Part shown: positions 38,334 through 48,507 of the stretch, in pieces
Layout: each line of letters starts with the position of its first letter
Numbering within the stretch: position 1 is the stretch's first letter
Assembly: GCA_013166835.1 (NCBI GenBank)
Contig: JABLTI010000010.1
Location: 1 to 49,540, forward strand
Source of the DNA: Promethearchaeati archaeon
GTDB lineage: Archaea; Asgardarchaeota; Heimdallarchaeia; JABLTI01
Direction of reading: 5' to 3'
Length of the DNA: 49,540 nucleotides
Notes under the pieces: generated by a model
What the model saw: the letters and a program-made list of their open reading frames with translations, nothing else
What the model was told of the DNA's origin: nothing
Database searches by the model: none
Translations under genes and position numbers: made by a program

Positions 38334-40488
38334 GAAACAGAGATTTATTATGAATTTAGTGTTCATTATTATTATTTTTATACAATTATTTAGCTTTTCT
38401 AATTCTTCAAGCGGATTACTCATTAGTGAACCAGTTAATGGATTACAAACTAATTCTGTAGATGAATCTCTTATAGAGACTGACATTTGCTCAGAATTAG
38501 CTCAATGGGATAATATCTATGGAGAACCAAATGACATTTTTGTTCAGGAAACTCTCATGAGCAAAATTGCATATATTGCTCTTGGTTACGCAGGATTAGT
38601 AATGTATGACATCTCAAATCCCACAAATCCCAAGTTTTTAGGACAATATGTAGACCAAGAAGGAGATGGAATTGACGAAGTAATTGTCATAGGGAAATTT
38701 GCTTTTGTTGTTGGTGGGGCATATGGTTTAAAAGTCATTGATCTAAGTTCTCCAAAGAATCCTAAATTTATTCTAGATTATTCCGAAGTTGAATATCTTT
38801 CTAACATTGAAGTGCATGGAGACTACATATTTGGAAGCCAATGGTGGGAGTTTCTCCAAGTAATTGATATTAGTAATCCAAAAAATCCTCATCTCGTCAA
38901 TAGTTACACAAAAATTCATGAAAGCGCTATCAGTAAAATTAGAATAAACAATAATTTACTGTATTTAGTTGGTTCTCAAGGTATAGAAATTCTAGATATA
39001 AGTAATCCTCAAAAACCATTATATGAAACATTTTGGGAATTCGATGTTGATGTTTATAGCTTTGATATATATGGATTAACCGCAATTATTTCAGATAATT
39101 CTGATGTATTGTTTTATAACATTGGCAATCCATCGAATATTACTTTGATTACTAGATATAGTGATATCCGTTGTCATTCTAAATGCATACTAGTAGATGA
39201 AAATTATGTTTTCAGTTTTGGCTATCCTGGTTTCATTTGTTTTGATATTGAGAATCCGAATAGCATAGTTAAAGTAAATGAATTCATAAGAGAAGCTGGT
39301 TACGTTTCTTATGGATTAAAACACGATGAATTCATCTATTTGTACGATTTGTATATGGGAATAGAAATTGTTTACATTGGAGACCTTACCATCACCCCTC
39401 TGAGTGCAGGTAAAATTATTACTAATGGGTATACGTTGGATACTATTGTTCAAGGAAATTTGGCATATGTTTCAAATTTTTGGGGTGGTTTAGATATACT
39501 TGATATTGATAATCCTACAAATCCCAAATTGATTTCAAGATATACTGGGAGTTTTAGTTTTTTTTCAAGTATGTATCTTGAAAATTCCAAATTATATCTA
39601 GCAAATTATGCTACAAATACTCTTGAGATTTTAGATGTCTCAGATCCCACAGCTCCGAAACGTATAAGTTCATTCTATAATGTATTGAATATCTTCTGGT
39701 TAGAATCAGAAATGATTGTCAAAGAGGATATTGCTTTTATTTTAATAATTAATGATTTGTATCCAATACTGGATGGAGCTATTCATATTGTTAATTGTAC
39801 AAATCCAGCTAATGTATCTATAATCTATAGTTTAAATAATCATAATGCTACTCTTACCGATTTTTATCTGGTGGAAAATCACCTTTTCTTAGCTACATCC
39901 ACTGGTTTACTTATATATGAAATAAATAACAATTACAGTCTGACATTTATTTCAGAGTACTCAGAGATTTCCTCTTCTATAGCTGGTGTTTTTGTAGAAA
40001 ATAATACTGTCTACTTGGCCGCTAAAGATTATGGTCTTATAATTTTAGATGTAAGTGATATAGAAAATCCAAATTTAATTAGAAGTTATGATACAGATCA
40101 TAATTCTGGTTATGAATTTGGTGGTTACGATGTCTTTGTTGAGAATAATATTATTTATTTAGCGGATTACAGTGATGGTTTACTAGTCTTCGATGGTACA
40201 AATATCCAAAATCCTTTCATAATTGGTAGATATAAACGGTTCGACTACCATCCATTATATGGTTATAATATGCTTCAAACAGTTTTATTCAAAGATGTCT
40301 TTGTAAGTAATTATGTTGTCTATCTTTCCAGCGGTTATTCAGGATTACTTATTGTACATCACGATGATTTACCTACTCATTGGATGAGTACTCAGAATAT
40401 TATTATCATCTCAATTACTACTACTGTTCCATTTCTTTTTGGTGGGTTAATTGCTTTTATAATTTTGCGAATAAGGAAGCGAAGATAA
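38317..40488 (+). CDS. Cell-surface LVIVD-repeat protein with C-terminal TM
   Basis: Many 'GLxxxDISNPxNP' repeats; signal peptide; C-terminal TM then RIRKRR. The start may be ATG 38350. Confidence 0.85.
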   Translation: MQELIKKQRFIMNLVFIIIIFIQLFSFSNSSSGLLISEPVNGLQTNSVDESLIETDICSELAQWDNIYGEPNDIFVQETLMSKIAYIALGYAGLVMYDISNPTNPKFLGQYVDQEGDGIDEVIVIGKFAFVVGGAYGLKVIDLSSPKNPKFILDYSEVEYLSNIEVHGDYIFGSQWWEFLQVIDISNPKNPHLVNSYTKIHESAISKIRINNNLLYLVGSQGIEILDISNPQKPLYETFWEFDVDVYSFDIYGLTAIISDNSDVLFYNIGNPSNITLITRYSDIRCHSKCILVDENYVFSFGYPGFICFDIENPNSIVKVNEFIREAGYVSYGLKHDEFIYLYDLYMGIEIVYIGDLTITPLSAGKIITNGYTLDTIVQGNLAYVSNFWGGLDILDIDNPTNPKLISRYTGSFSFFSSMYLENSKLYLANYATNTLEILDVSDPTAPKRISSFYNVLNIFWLESEMIVKEDIAFILIINDLYPILDGAIHIVNCTNPANVSIIYSLNNHNATLTDFYLVENHLFLATSTGLLIYEINNNYSLTFISEYSEISSSIAGVFVENNTVYLAAKDYGLIILDVSDIENPNLIRSYDTDHNSGYEFGGYDVFVENNIIYLADYSDGLLVFDGTNIQNPFIIGRYKRFDYHPLYGYNMLQTVLFKDVFVSNYVVYLSSGYSGLLIVHHDDLPTHWMSTQNIIIISITTTVPFLFGGLIAFIILRIRKRR

Positions 40489-40571
40489 GAAATTTATTCC
40501 ACCATCTTTTCTCACTTTCTATAGCATTTCAGTTATTAAATCAAGTATTCTGTATAGATATGGTGTAAGGA

Positions 40572-40913
40572 ATGAATGAAAAGAAAACAAGTACAATTGA
40601 TTTTTCTAAAATCTATGATTTGAATAAAATCGTTGATTATCAAGAGGGATCTGTTGTTAGTAGACAATTAATAAAACAAAAAACCGGTAATGTTACACTT
40701 TTTGCCTTCGCAGAAGGTGAGGGATTAAGTGAGCATACAGCTCCATTTGATGCTCTTGTTTACATTATTGATGGAGAAGCTAAAATTACCATCGATAAAG
40801 AGGTCTTTCACTCAAAAGCTGGTGAAGTATTAGTTATGCCTGCTGATATACCTCATGCATTGTATGCAACTAAGCAATTTAAGATGTTGCTTGTCATGAT
40901 TAGGACTATTTGA
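40572..40913 (+). CDS. Cupin domain protein
   Basis: 'VTLFAFAEGEGLSEHTAPFDA', 'MPADIPHAL'. Confidence 0.9.
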   Translation: MNEKKTSTIDFSKIYDLNKIVDYQEGSVVSRQLIKQKTGNVTLFAFAEGEGLSEHTAPFDALVYIIDGEAKITIDKEVFHSKAGEVLVMPADIPHALYATKQFKMLLVMIRTI

Positions 40914-40930
40914 GTAAAGGTGATATAAAA

Positions 40931-41734
40931 ATGACAAAACTTAAGCTCCCTAAAATTGGTTTAGGAACAATGCTTGGGAACTCGAAAAAATCAAAAGAAG
41001 GTTTTATCAAAGGTTTTGAAATTGGTTTCCGATTACTTGATACTGCTCAAATGTACTTAAATGAGAGAGTCGTTGGTGAGGCAATCAAAGAATCCGGAAT
41101 TCCACGAGATGAATTCATAGTCGCAACTAAATTATTCATTAATAATCTTAGACCTAGAAAAGTTTTCAAAAGTACTGAAAGAAGTCTGAAACGACTTGGT
41201 CTTGATACAATTGATATGTTGTATATTCATTGGCCCTTTAGATTTCATAAAATAGGTGGTGATACACTAAAGGCAATGAGTAAACTTGTAGATCAAGGAA
41301 AAATACGTTCTATAGCTGTTTCTAATTTTACTTCTCAACATGTGGATGAGGCAATTTCTATTTGTGAAAAACCGATTATTGCTAATCAAGTCGAAATGCA
41401 TCCTTGGTTACAACAAAAGGAATTAGTTGCTCATCACAAAAAGAAAGGTGTGTATGTTGTCCCATATTTTCCACTTATGCATGGAAGATTCTGTGATGTT
41501 CCTGAACTTATGGAATTAGGAAAGAAACATGATGTAAGTGCTGCTCAAATCTCACTTGCTTGGTTAATTAAGAAAGGAACTGTACCAATACCAAAAAGCA
41601 TTAATCCAGTTCATTTAAAGGCAAATTGGGAATCACAAAACATTAAGCTTAGCTCAGAAGATATCAAATTAATAGATTCAATTGAGAAAGAAAAACGATT
41701 TCTTAGTCCACCATTAATTGCACCGAAATGGTAG
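40931..41734 (+). CDS. Aldo/keto reductase
   Basis: 'IGLGT', DTAQMY, 'VATK', 'YIHWP', 'VSNF', 'NQVEMHP', 'IPKS'; ATG 40931 preferred. Confidence 0.93.
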   Translation: MTKLKLPKIGLGTMLGNSKKSKEGFIKGFEIGFRLLDTAQMYLNERVVGEAIKESGIPRDEFIVATKLFINNLRPRKVFKSTERSLKRLGLDTIDMLYIHWPFRFHKIGGDTLKAMSKLVDQGKIRSIAVSNFTSQHVDEAISICEKPIIANQVEMHPWLQQKELVAHHKKKGVYVVPYFPLMHGRFCDVPELMELGKKHDVSAAQISLAWLIKKGTVPIPKSINPVHLKANWESQNIKLSSEDIKLIDSIEKEKRFLSPPLIAPKW

Positions 41735-41744
41735 ATAAATTTGG

Positions 41745-41765
41745 AAATGTGATTAAATCACATTT
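41745..41765. terminator. Inverted repeat between convergent genes
   Basis: AAATGTGAT-TAA-ATCACATTT, followed by T-rich sequence. Confidence 0.55.
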
Positions 41766-41773
41766 TCTCTTTC

Positions 41774-42391
41774 TTATCCTGCAACAATTTGTTTTCTGTT
41801 TGCTTTTTCAATTGCTTCTAAAGCTTCTATTGCTCGTAGTTTTAACCGATCATCTTTAGATTCTTTGAGTATTTTTTGTATGTCCTTTGTAGCTTTTTTA
41901 TCTCCAATACGTCCTAATGATGTAACTGCGTGATATCTTATGAATCGGTCTTCGTCTTTTCGTAACATGGTCAACAGTATTTTCAAAGAACTTGGATCGC
42001 CTATTATTCCCAATGCTTTCGCAGCTTCAGAACGAACTAGGGGATCATCCTTCTTCTTTAAAACCTCCAAAAGAGGTGGTACTGCATTAGTATCACCAAT
42101 TTGACCTAGGGCGATTGTTGCTTGGTAACGAACACTTTCATGTTCATTATCGAGTGATTCCACAAGTACGTCTATTGCTTTCTTGCTACCGATTTTTCCG
42201 AGGGTCTTACAAACTCCTTCTTTGACTAATCTGTGAGAATTCTTCCTCAGAAGCGATATAAGAAAATTAATGATGTCTGCTTCTCCTGCAGTTGATAAAG
42301 CATTAATAGCTCTACTTCTTGTTTCGAGATTACTACTTTCAAGTTCATTTACTAGTAATTCGGCATCTTGTAAACTCGGCACTATATCCAC
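41774..42391 (-). CDS. HEAT-repeat (PBS lyase-like) protein
   Basis: About six 'VRxxAxxALGxIGD' repeats. Confidence 0.9.
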   Translation of the reverse strand: MDIVPSLQDAELLVNELESSNLETRSRAINALSTAGEADIINFLISLLRKNSHRLVKEGVCKTLGKIGSKKAIDVLVESLDNEHESVRYQATIALGQIGDTNAVPPLLEVLKKKDDPLVRSEAAKALGIIGDPSSLKILLTMLRKDEDRFIRYHAVTSLGRIGDKKATKDIQKILKESKDDRLKLRAIEALEAIEKANRKQIVAG

Positions 42392-42574
42392 AACTCAGAG
42401 ACCTTTTTCGGCGTTCAGAAGGAACACCATTCACCATTCTTATTTTCGCAACTAATCATTTATTATTGTTTCGCCGGGAAAATTCGGAAGCTATATATTC
42501 GAAAACTCAGTTATGAATACGTAGACTAGTAATTATGATGGAATTAATCGTAAAAGTTAATTGGTTGGATAAGA

Positions 42575-44302
42575 ATGAAGATGGATTTTGCAGATTTTCT
42601 TAATAATCTCAAGAAAACCAAGACTACTAGAGAAGCTAATTCCCTCATCAAATCAGTATCCCAAATTGACAATCTCTTGACTTCTTTGAAAGATAAAACA
42701 GAATTCATCAACTACCTTGTAAAAACAGAGACAATAACAGAGTTGGAATTGAAATCTAAAACGAAGGAATGGGGAGATATACAAACTCCAAATAGATTAG
42801 TTGAAAAAGTGTATCAAATTTTAGTGGATGCAAATATTGACCCAGATATTATTATAGAACCAACTTCTGGTACGGGTAGTTTTATTCTAAATGCTCCAAG
42901 ATTCTTCAGGAATCTAAAACTAATTTATGGAGTTGAGATCCAAAAGCAGCATATCTGGTGCTCTGCATTCAAGATTATTAGAAAAATGTTAGATCAAAAA
43001 AAACATAGTTATACAATTCGATTAATTCATGATGACATTTTCAAACATGAATTCGATCAGGATATTTTGAATTCAAATCAGTCAACAATTCTAATTGTAG
43101 GGAATCCACCCTGGATTACTATTTCAGAATTATCATCATTGAATTCTAACAATTTACCTTTGAAATCTAACATAAAGGGATTCAAAGGATTTGATGCACT
43201 TACAGGAAAAAGTAATTTTGATATTACTGAAACAATAATTATCAAATTGATTAAGCTTTTTTCTAATAGCAAAGGAAAAATTGCATTCTTGTGTAAGAAT
43301 ACAGTGGTTAGAAATATCCTCAAAGAGACAAATAATTCAAATCTAAAGATCTCAAATATTCGAGCTCTTAATTTCAGAGCCAAAGAGTACTTTGGGAAAA
43401 TATGTAATGCTTCATTATTTGTTGCAGATTTTACACAAAACAAAAACGATACTTTTTGCTCGATAGCTGATCTTGAAGAACCAGATAAAATCATTAGAAA
43501 ATTTGGTTGGTTCAAAGATCATTTTGTCTCAGATATTGAGAAATACAAGTTGTACTCTCAATTTGAGGGACAATTTCCTTTTAACTGGCGTCAAGGCATA
43601 AAACATGATTGTGCTTCTATCTTGGAATTACAGTTAGCAAGTGATGGAAAACTCATCAACAAAAGTAATGAAGTTGTGGATGTAGAAGATGAATTAGTAT
43701 ATCCCTTATTAAAAGGGTCATCACTACGGAAGCTTTATGCTCGAGATATCTCTAGAAGATTAATCCTGACACAAACGAAATTATCAGAGGATACCAACAA
43801 AATCAAAGAGATGTATCCTAAAACATGGCAATATCTAATGAAAAATAAAAAAGCATTTTCTAAAAGGAAATCCAGAGTATTTCAAGGAAAACCAGCTTTT
43901 TCTATTTTTGGAGTTGGAGATTACGTCTTCTCACCATACAAAGTTGCTTTAGCTGGTTTCTATAAAAAACCCATATTCACATTCGTTGCACCTAAAAATG
44001 GAAAACCTGTTTTATTCGATGATACTTGTTATTATTTGAGTTTCCAAAATTATTCTGAAGCATTATTCACTTGTACTGTACTAAATACTAATACAATCAT
44101 TGATTTTCTTAAGTCAATTGTTTTCATTGATTCAAAAAGACCTTTCACAAAAGAAGTTCTAATGAGGATTAACTTTGCCCATTTAGTTAAGAAAACCACT
44201 TTTACATTAATCGAAGAAATATGGAATTTAAACAACTTCACTCCAGACAATAAAATAACAGAAAATGATTATAAGAAATTCCAAATGACTTTCCAAAAAT
44301 AA
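42575..44302 (+). CDS. Amino (N6-adenine) DNA methyltransferase, gamma class (TaqI/NspV-like), orphan
   Basis: 'WGDIQTP', motif I 'IIEPTSGTGSF', motif IV GNPPW, C-terminal TRD-like region 'WRQGIKHD..YPLLKGS..FSPYKV..FDDTCY'. Confidence 0.85.
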   Translation: MKMDFADFLNNLKKTKTTREANSLIKSVSQIDNLLTSLKDKTEFINYLVKTETITELELKSKTKEWGDIQTPNRLVEKVYQILVDANIDPDIIIEPTSGTGSFILNAPRFFRNLKLIYGVEIQKQHIWCSAFKIIRKMLDQKKHSYTIRLIHDDIFKHEFDQDILNSNQSTILIVGNPPWITISELSSLNSNNLPLKSNIKGFKGFDALTGKSNFDITETIIIKLIKLFSNSKGKIAFLCKNTVVRNILKETNNSNLKISNIRALNFRAKEYFGKICNASLFVADFTQNKNDTFCSIADLEEPDKIIRKFGWFKDHFVSDIEKYKLYSQFEGQFPFNWRQGIKHDCASILELQLASDGKLINKSNEVVDVEDELVYPLLKGSSLRKLYARDISRRLILTQTKLSEDTNKIKEMYPKTWQYLMKNKKAFSKRKSRVFQGKPAFSIFGVGDYVFSPYKVALAGFYKKPIFTFVAPKNGKPVLFDDTCYYLSFQNYSEALFTCTVLNTNTIIDFLKSIVFIDSKRPFTKEVLMRINFAHLVKKTTFTLIEEIWNLNNFTPDNKITENDYKKFQMTFQK

Positions 44303-44312
44303 TGTGAGAAAA

Positions 44313-45575
44313 CTAAGTTGTTTGTTTTCTTGTAAAAAATCCCTTAATTTTCGCCCATAAGGATTTCTTAATATCTTTCTCTTTTAATTCCAGCTGCTCT
44401 TCTTCATTGTTGTTTAAACCTGCTCGAAGATTCGGTTTATAGATGCGTCCTTTCCATGTTGTGGTTTTTCTAAAAACTAGTTCAATAGCAGAAGAGAGCA
44501 AGGTAATGAGAAACATCAGCATCATAATGGGAAAGAACACATAGATAATCCAATGGTGTCTACCTTTGTTTCGCAAATAAATAGCAAACAAAACTAAGAG
44601 TAAAAGATGAGAAATTATTGTCAAGATTAATGGTAGATAACCTGTCCAATAAACTGCAGACAAAGTTATTGCAACTGGTGTCAAAAGTCCCCAGAAGATG
44701 AATGTTAATGAGGCAATCATTCTTCGTGGAGGTGTAAGTTTTACACCCGCATAAAGACACTTTTTAAATCCAGTCCAACAATGTCGTATAGATTCTGGAT
44801 ACATTGAAGCATAAACTAGTCTATTTCCTTCCATATAGTATAAAGCTTGTAAGTCCTTTTTGACTAAACGTGCGAAAGCATAATCCTCGATTATTGAATT
44901 TTTCAGTCGTTCATGACCACCAATTTTTTCATATGCATCCCTTGTCCACATCATGTATATTCCTACAGCAACGAAGGAATATCTCTTCTTTGGATTATTT
45001 ACCCTACCAATACCACCTGACACGAGTCGAGAAATAAAGAAATTAATTGGAACAATGCTTTCCCACCACTTTACCACATTGTGATAGGGATTAAGACTTA
45101 GCAAGCCTGCTTTTTTCTCTAGTAACATACTTACAGTTATTCTTAGTGAATCAGGTTTGTGCTCTGTATCTGCATCTGTGAATAGAAGAATCTCACCATT
45201 TGCTTTTTTATATCCAAGATGACAACCCCTGTTTTTCCCAATCCATCCCTCAGGAACTTTGTTCTCAATTACGATTTGATCAGCAAAAGGCTTGGCTAAT
45301 TCGACAGTGCGATCTTGAGAACCACCATCTGATAGGATAATCTCGAAATTCGAATAGTTTTGAGCTCGAAGCGATTTTAAGCATTTAACTATATTATTCT
45401 CTTCATTAAAAGTTGGAACAATAATACTTACAAAAGGTTCTTTTGGAAGAGATTTCAGAAAAGAGTCACTGATAATATCTTTCTTTTGTATACTGGCTGA
45501 TATGTAATACAATAGTGCGATTATAACTAAAGCTAGGTAAATCATGCCTAATATGAACAGCCATAGATTCTGCAA
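44313..45575 (-). CDS. Family 2 glycosyltransferase, membrane-bound (CrtQ/HpnB-like)
   Basis: 'VSIIVPTFNEE', 'SDGGSQD', 'PEGWIGK', FTDAD, 'IEDYAFA'; C-terminal TMs and 'WKGRIY'. Confidence 0.88.
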   Translation of the reverse strand: MQNLWLFILGMIYLALVIIALLYYISASIQKKDIISDSFLKSLPKEPFVSIIVPTFNEENNIVKCLKSLRAQNYSNFEIILSDGGSQDRTVELAKPFADQIVIENKVPEGWIGKNRGCHLGYKKANGEILLFTDADTEHKPDSLRITVSMLLEKKAGLLSLNPYHNVVKWWESIVPINFFISRLVSGGIGRVNNPKKRYSFVAVGIYMMWTRDAYEKIGGHERLKNSIIEDYAFARLVKKDLQALYYMEGNRLVYASMYPESIRHCWTGFKKCLYAGVKLTPPRRMIASLTFIFWGLLTPVAITLSAVYWTGYLPLILTIISHLLLLVLFAIYLRNKGRHHWIIYVFFPIMMLMFLITLLSSAIELVFRKTTTWKGRIYKPNLRAGLNNNEEEQLELKEKDIKKSLWAKIKGFFTRKQTT

Positions 45576-45696
45576 TTTATCTATCTCCTATCGACAGAAT
45601 AGTTAGCAACATATTCTCTCTAATGAAATGGTTCCTTATATAATTTCTCGAACACCTTAAGAACTGAGTAAGAAAAAGGAAAAAATAGAATGAACA

Positions 45697-47103
45697 CTAA
45701 GGTTCATTCTTTAATGGATGTCGAGTTGGTGTCTCAAAAAGATAGTCAAGATCAGGTCGATTCTCAATTGCTTTCCTAATTGCCATAACTGTTGCTTTTC
45801 GATTGTTTACAAAGACTCTGTTCCTAGAAACAGCTGTTGGGTGGACAAAAACAGAGGCAATAATAACCAAATCATTGACATACTTCTCAGGAATGAATCC
45901 ATCTTGCACACACGTTGTCACAGCTTTCGCTACACCAGCTTGTACTGGACCAAAAACCATAGATGCTTGTCTCAAGTTTCTAATGAAAACTTTGGGAACA
46001 AGTAGAGTATCTGGTTTCACTGCTTCGTTTGTTTCATGTAATGCTAAAAGCGGTTCATGCCCCTCTATTGTTGAGGGATCATCTTTTACAAGTGCAAGAG
46101 CTCTAGCAAATGCTGCACCAACTGGACCATCTTTTGGACCGATTAAAAGATCAACATGAGCCATTTCTGGCCGATCGCCACCAAAGAATCCTTCACCAAC
46201 AAGTAGTTTCTTTTGCAGAATAGTTTCAGCTGTGACATCAATTTGTCCGAATCTTTCCTCGATTTTCTTTGGATCTTCTGGTAAAGCAATAATTGGTTTT
46301 ACTTCGATCTTTCCTAATCTTTCTAGTTCAAGTCTTAATTCAGATCGTAACTCATGACTAATGCTTCCACCAATTTCAAGAGGTAATCGTGGTTTCCGAA
46401 CCTTTACTCCCATCATATTGAGTGCTTCTTTAGTTCCTGCTCCACCAGTTTTCACAATAATTCGAGTTATTTTGTGGATTTCCATCTCTGCCTTTCGTGC
46501 TTCATCTAGTTTTCCAGCTTCAACTAATTTCTTGATCTTCACCCAATAATCTCCAATGAAATTAGCAGATGCTAAGATACAACCATCAACACCAGCAGCA
46601 AGCGCTGGAAAAACAATTTCATCCCAGCCACAAAGAATCTTGAATTCAGGAGCTACAGGTTTTACTCTCTCGAGTATTTCCATTAAATAAGCCATATTTC
46701 CCCAAGAACATTTCATTCCGACGATATTCTCATGTTCTACTGCCAAGTCTTCTACTACCATTCTTGGGAGGACAACATCTGTGAGTGCAGGTAATTGATA
46801 TAAAAGAATTGGAAAATCAACTTTATCTGCGATTTCTGAATAATGTTTGAATAACCCTCGTTGTGTTGGTTTCATATAGTATGGAGTTACAATAAGTCCT
46901 GCATCAGCACCAACATCCATCGCATGTTTAGTCATTGCTATCGTTCGTTTTGTACCACTTGTTCCAGTTCCTGCCATAACATCTACTTTTCCATTAGCTT
47001 CTTCAACTGCGATTTCAATAATTTTCTTTTGTTCATCCCAGAATAATGATGAAAATTCACCAGTGGATCCAGCTGGAACTATTCCTCTAAATTTTTTTGC
47101 CAT
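45697..47103 (-). CDS. Fusion of DapA/NAL-family class I aldolase (N-term) and formaldehyde-activating enzyme Fae (C-term)
   Basis: GSTGE, 'VTPYY', 'LLYQLP', GMKCS Schiff-base Lys; Fae motifs 'VGEG..AHVDLLIGPKDGPVG.AF', 'GHEPLLA', 'KPDTLLVPKV', 'FGPVQAGVAKAV', 'VFVHP'. Confidence 0.88.
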   Translation of the reverse strand: MAKKFRGIVPAGSTGEFSSLFWDEQKKIIEIAVEEANGKVDVMAGTGTSGTKRTIAMTKHAMDVGADAGLIVTPYYMKPTQRGLFKHYSEIADKVDFPILLYQLPALTDVVLPRMVVEDLAVEHENIVGMKCSWGNMAYLMEILERVKPVAPEFKILCGWDEIVFPALAAGVDGCILASANFIGDYWVKIKKLVEAGKLDEARKAEMEIHKITRIIVKTGGAGTKEALNMMGVKVRKPRLPLEIGGSISHELRSELRLELERLGKIEVKPIIALPEDPKKIEERFGQIDVTAETILQKKLLVGEGFFGGDRPEMAHVDLLIGPKDGPVGAAFARALALVKDDPSTIEGHEPLLALHETNEAVKPDTLLVPKVFIRNLRQASMVFGPVQAGVAKAVTTCVQDGFIPEKYVNDLVIIASVFVHPTAVSRNRVFVNNRKATVMAIRKAIENRPDLDYLFETPTRHPLKNEP

Positions 47104-47117
47104 AGAAATTTCAACTC

Positions 47118-48398
47118 TTATTTGTGTAATTTCCTTGCTGGAATAACTGATAATCCATTCTTTGTCAAGGCATCAGCTGTAAAGTTTACAGCATCATGTT
47201 TGTCCAAAAAGTTAAGTGTCATACCATCCCAGTCGCCAGAGTCAATCACTTCTTGCTTATCTCGGAAGTAATCCAAAATATCTGATTGATGCTCTCGAGT
47301 TTCTTCGACAGCTTGTTTTCCACCCTCATGCTTAGCGCTAACGTTTTTCACTGTTTTAGCTAATTCAATTAGCTCATCAGTACGATCATATGGTTGTCTT
47401 ACAATACTCTTCCATGTTTCTGTGATATGATGTTCAAATCGAATAATGTCTTCAAAACCCCAATCTTTTCTGAACTCAGCTGCAAGTTCCATAGTTTCAT
47501 TGTTCACTGAATTCGAAAGATTAAAGCCAATTAATGGTGTGCTTCCGTCTTCTCGACTAAGGAGTTTAGCGGTCATTATGGTCCATAAACAAGCATATGG
47601 ATTATCATTCCCCATAAAAACAGAGATTTTGAATTCCATATCTACACCTAGTTTATGAAGCATATATCCAAGAATTACTGTTCCCGGATTGATATTGAGA
47701 ACTTGTTTTACACCATATTTTGTATAATAGTAAAGGAATTCATCAATCCATTTGAGAGCAAAATCATTTGGTTGTCCAACTCCACCAAAATAACCTGTTA
47801 TTGTTGCTGGTCCGCCAAGATGAACATTGGCTGGGGCACCATCTGCTCCAGGGGAAGTTCCTTTAGTGTCAAGAGTTTCAACGTAAGAAGCACCAATTAA
47901 CTGCATAGCAGCAGCTATTCCGAGTATATCGCCATCTTCTTCTTGTTCTTTCATTTTCCTAACTCTAATGTATCTTCCTGGCATCAAATCTTGTTTTTCA
48001 ATTGCTCGTTTCGCTTCCGCGATAAAGAATGGGAAATACTGACAAGCACTAATTTCAAGTGTTACAGCTAATGATTCATCGAATTTTACCTTATCAGCAT
48101 CTGCTCCAAGGATTTTCTTTCGATAATCAGCAATGCTAATGAAAGCGTCATTATCTCGCTGTTCAACTAACCAATTAAGATCCTTAACGTATTCAGGTTT
48201 CTTCTTTTCCAATCTAGCTAGAAGATTGTCTATTTTTCCAGCTTCAATTGCTTTCTTGTTTATTTCATCCACTCCGCCGTATTTTTCCACGATGGCAAGC
48301 AGATTATCTATCACAGGATTATTTTCTTTCACGAAAAAATCATTGATAGCTTTGAGCTTATCCTCTGATATTAGTAATTTCTTCTTAATATCGGTCAA
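47118..48398 (-). CDS. Hypothetical protein (alpha/beta, probably an enzyme), co-transcribed with dapA-fae
   Basis: 426-aa ORF with enzyme-like Gly-rich segments 'LEISACQYFP', 'ETLDTKG', 'NVHLGGPATITGYFGGVGQP', 'SAKHEGG'; 14 nt upstream of dapA-fae. Confidence 0.75.
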   Translation of the reverse strand: MTDIKKKLLISEDKLKAINDFFVKENNPVIDNLLAIVEKYGGVDEINKKAIEAGKIDNLLARLEKKKPEYVKDLNWLVEQRDNDAFISIADYRKKILGADADKVKFDESLAVTLEISACQYFPFFIAEAKRAIEKQDLMPGRYIRVRKMKEQEEDGDILGIAAAMQLIGASYVETLDTKGTSPGADGAPANVHLGGPATITGYFGGVGQPNDFALKWIDEFLYYYTKYGVKQVLNINPGTVILGYMLHKLGVDMEFKISVFMGNDNPYACLWTIMTAKLLSREDGSTPLIGFNLSNSVNNETMELAAEFRKDWGFEDIIRFEHHITETWKSIVRQPYDRTDELIELAKTVKNVSAKHEGGKQAVEETREHQSDILDYFRDKQEVIDSGDWDGMTLNFLDKHDAVNFTADALTKNGLSVIPARKLHK

Positions 48399-48507
48399 TA
48401 TTTACACCCTAAAAATTCTGATTGTTTGCAAAGATAGTTCTTTTTACTTCCTTTAAATTTTCCTCTAAAAAAGAGAATTAAGAAATCAAGGAAGTTATGA
48501 ATAATAG

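Noticed and set aside
42392-42515. Possible structured RNA between the HEAT gene and the DNA methyltransferase (TTTTCGGCG..CGCCGGGAAA)
   Set aside because: Only one short stem and no other support; compatible with chance.
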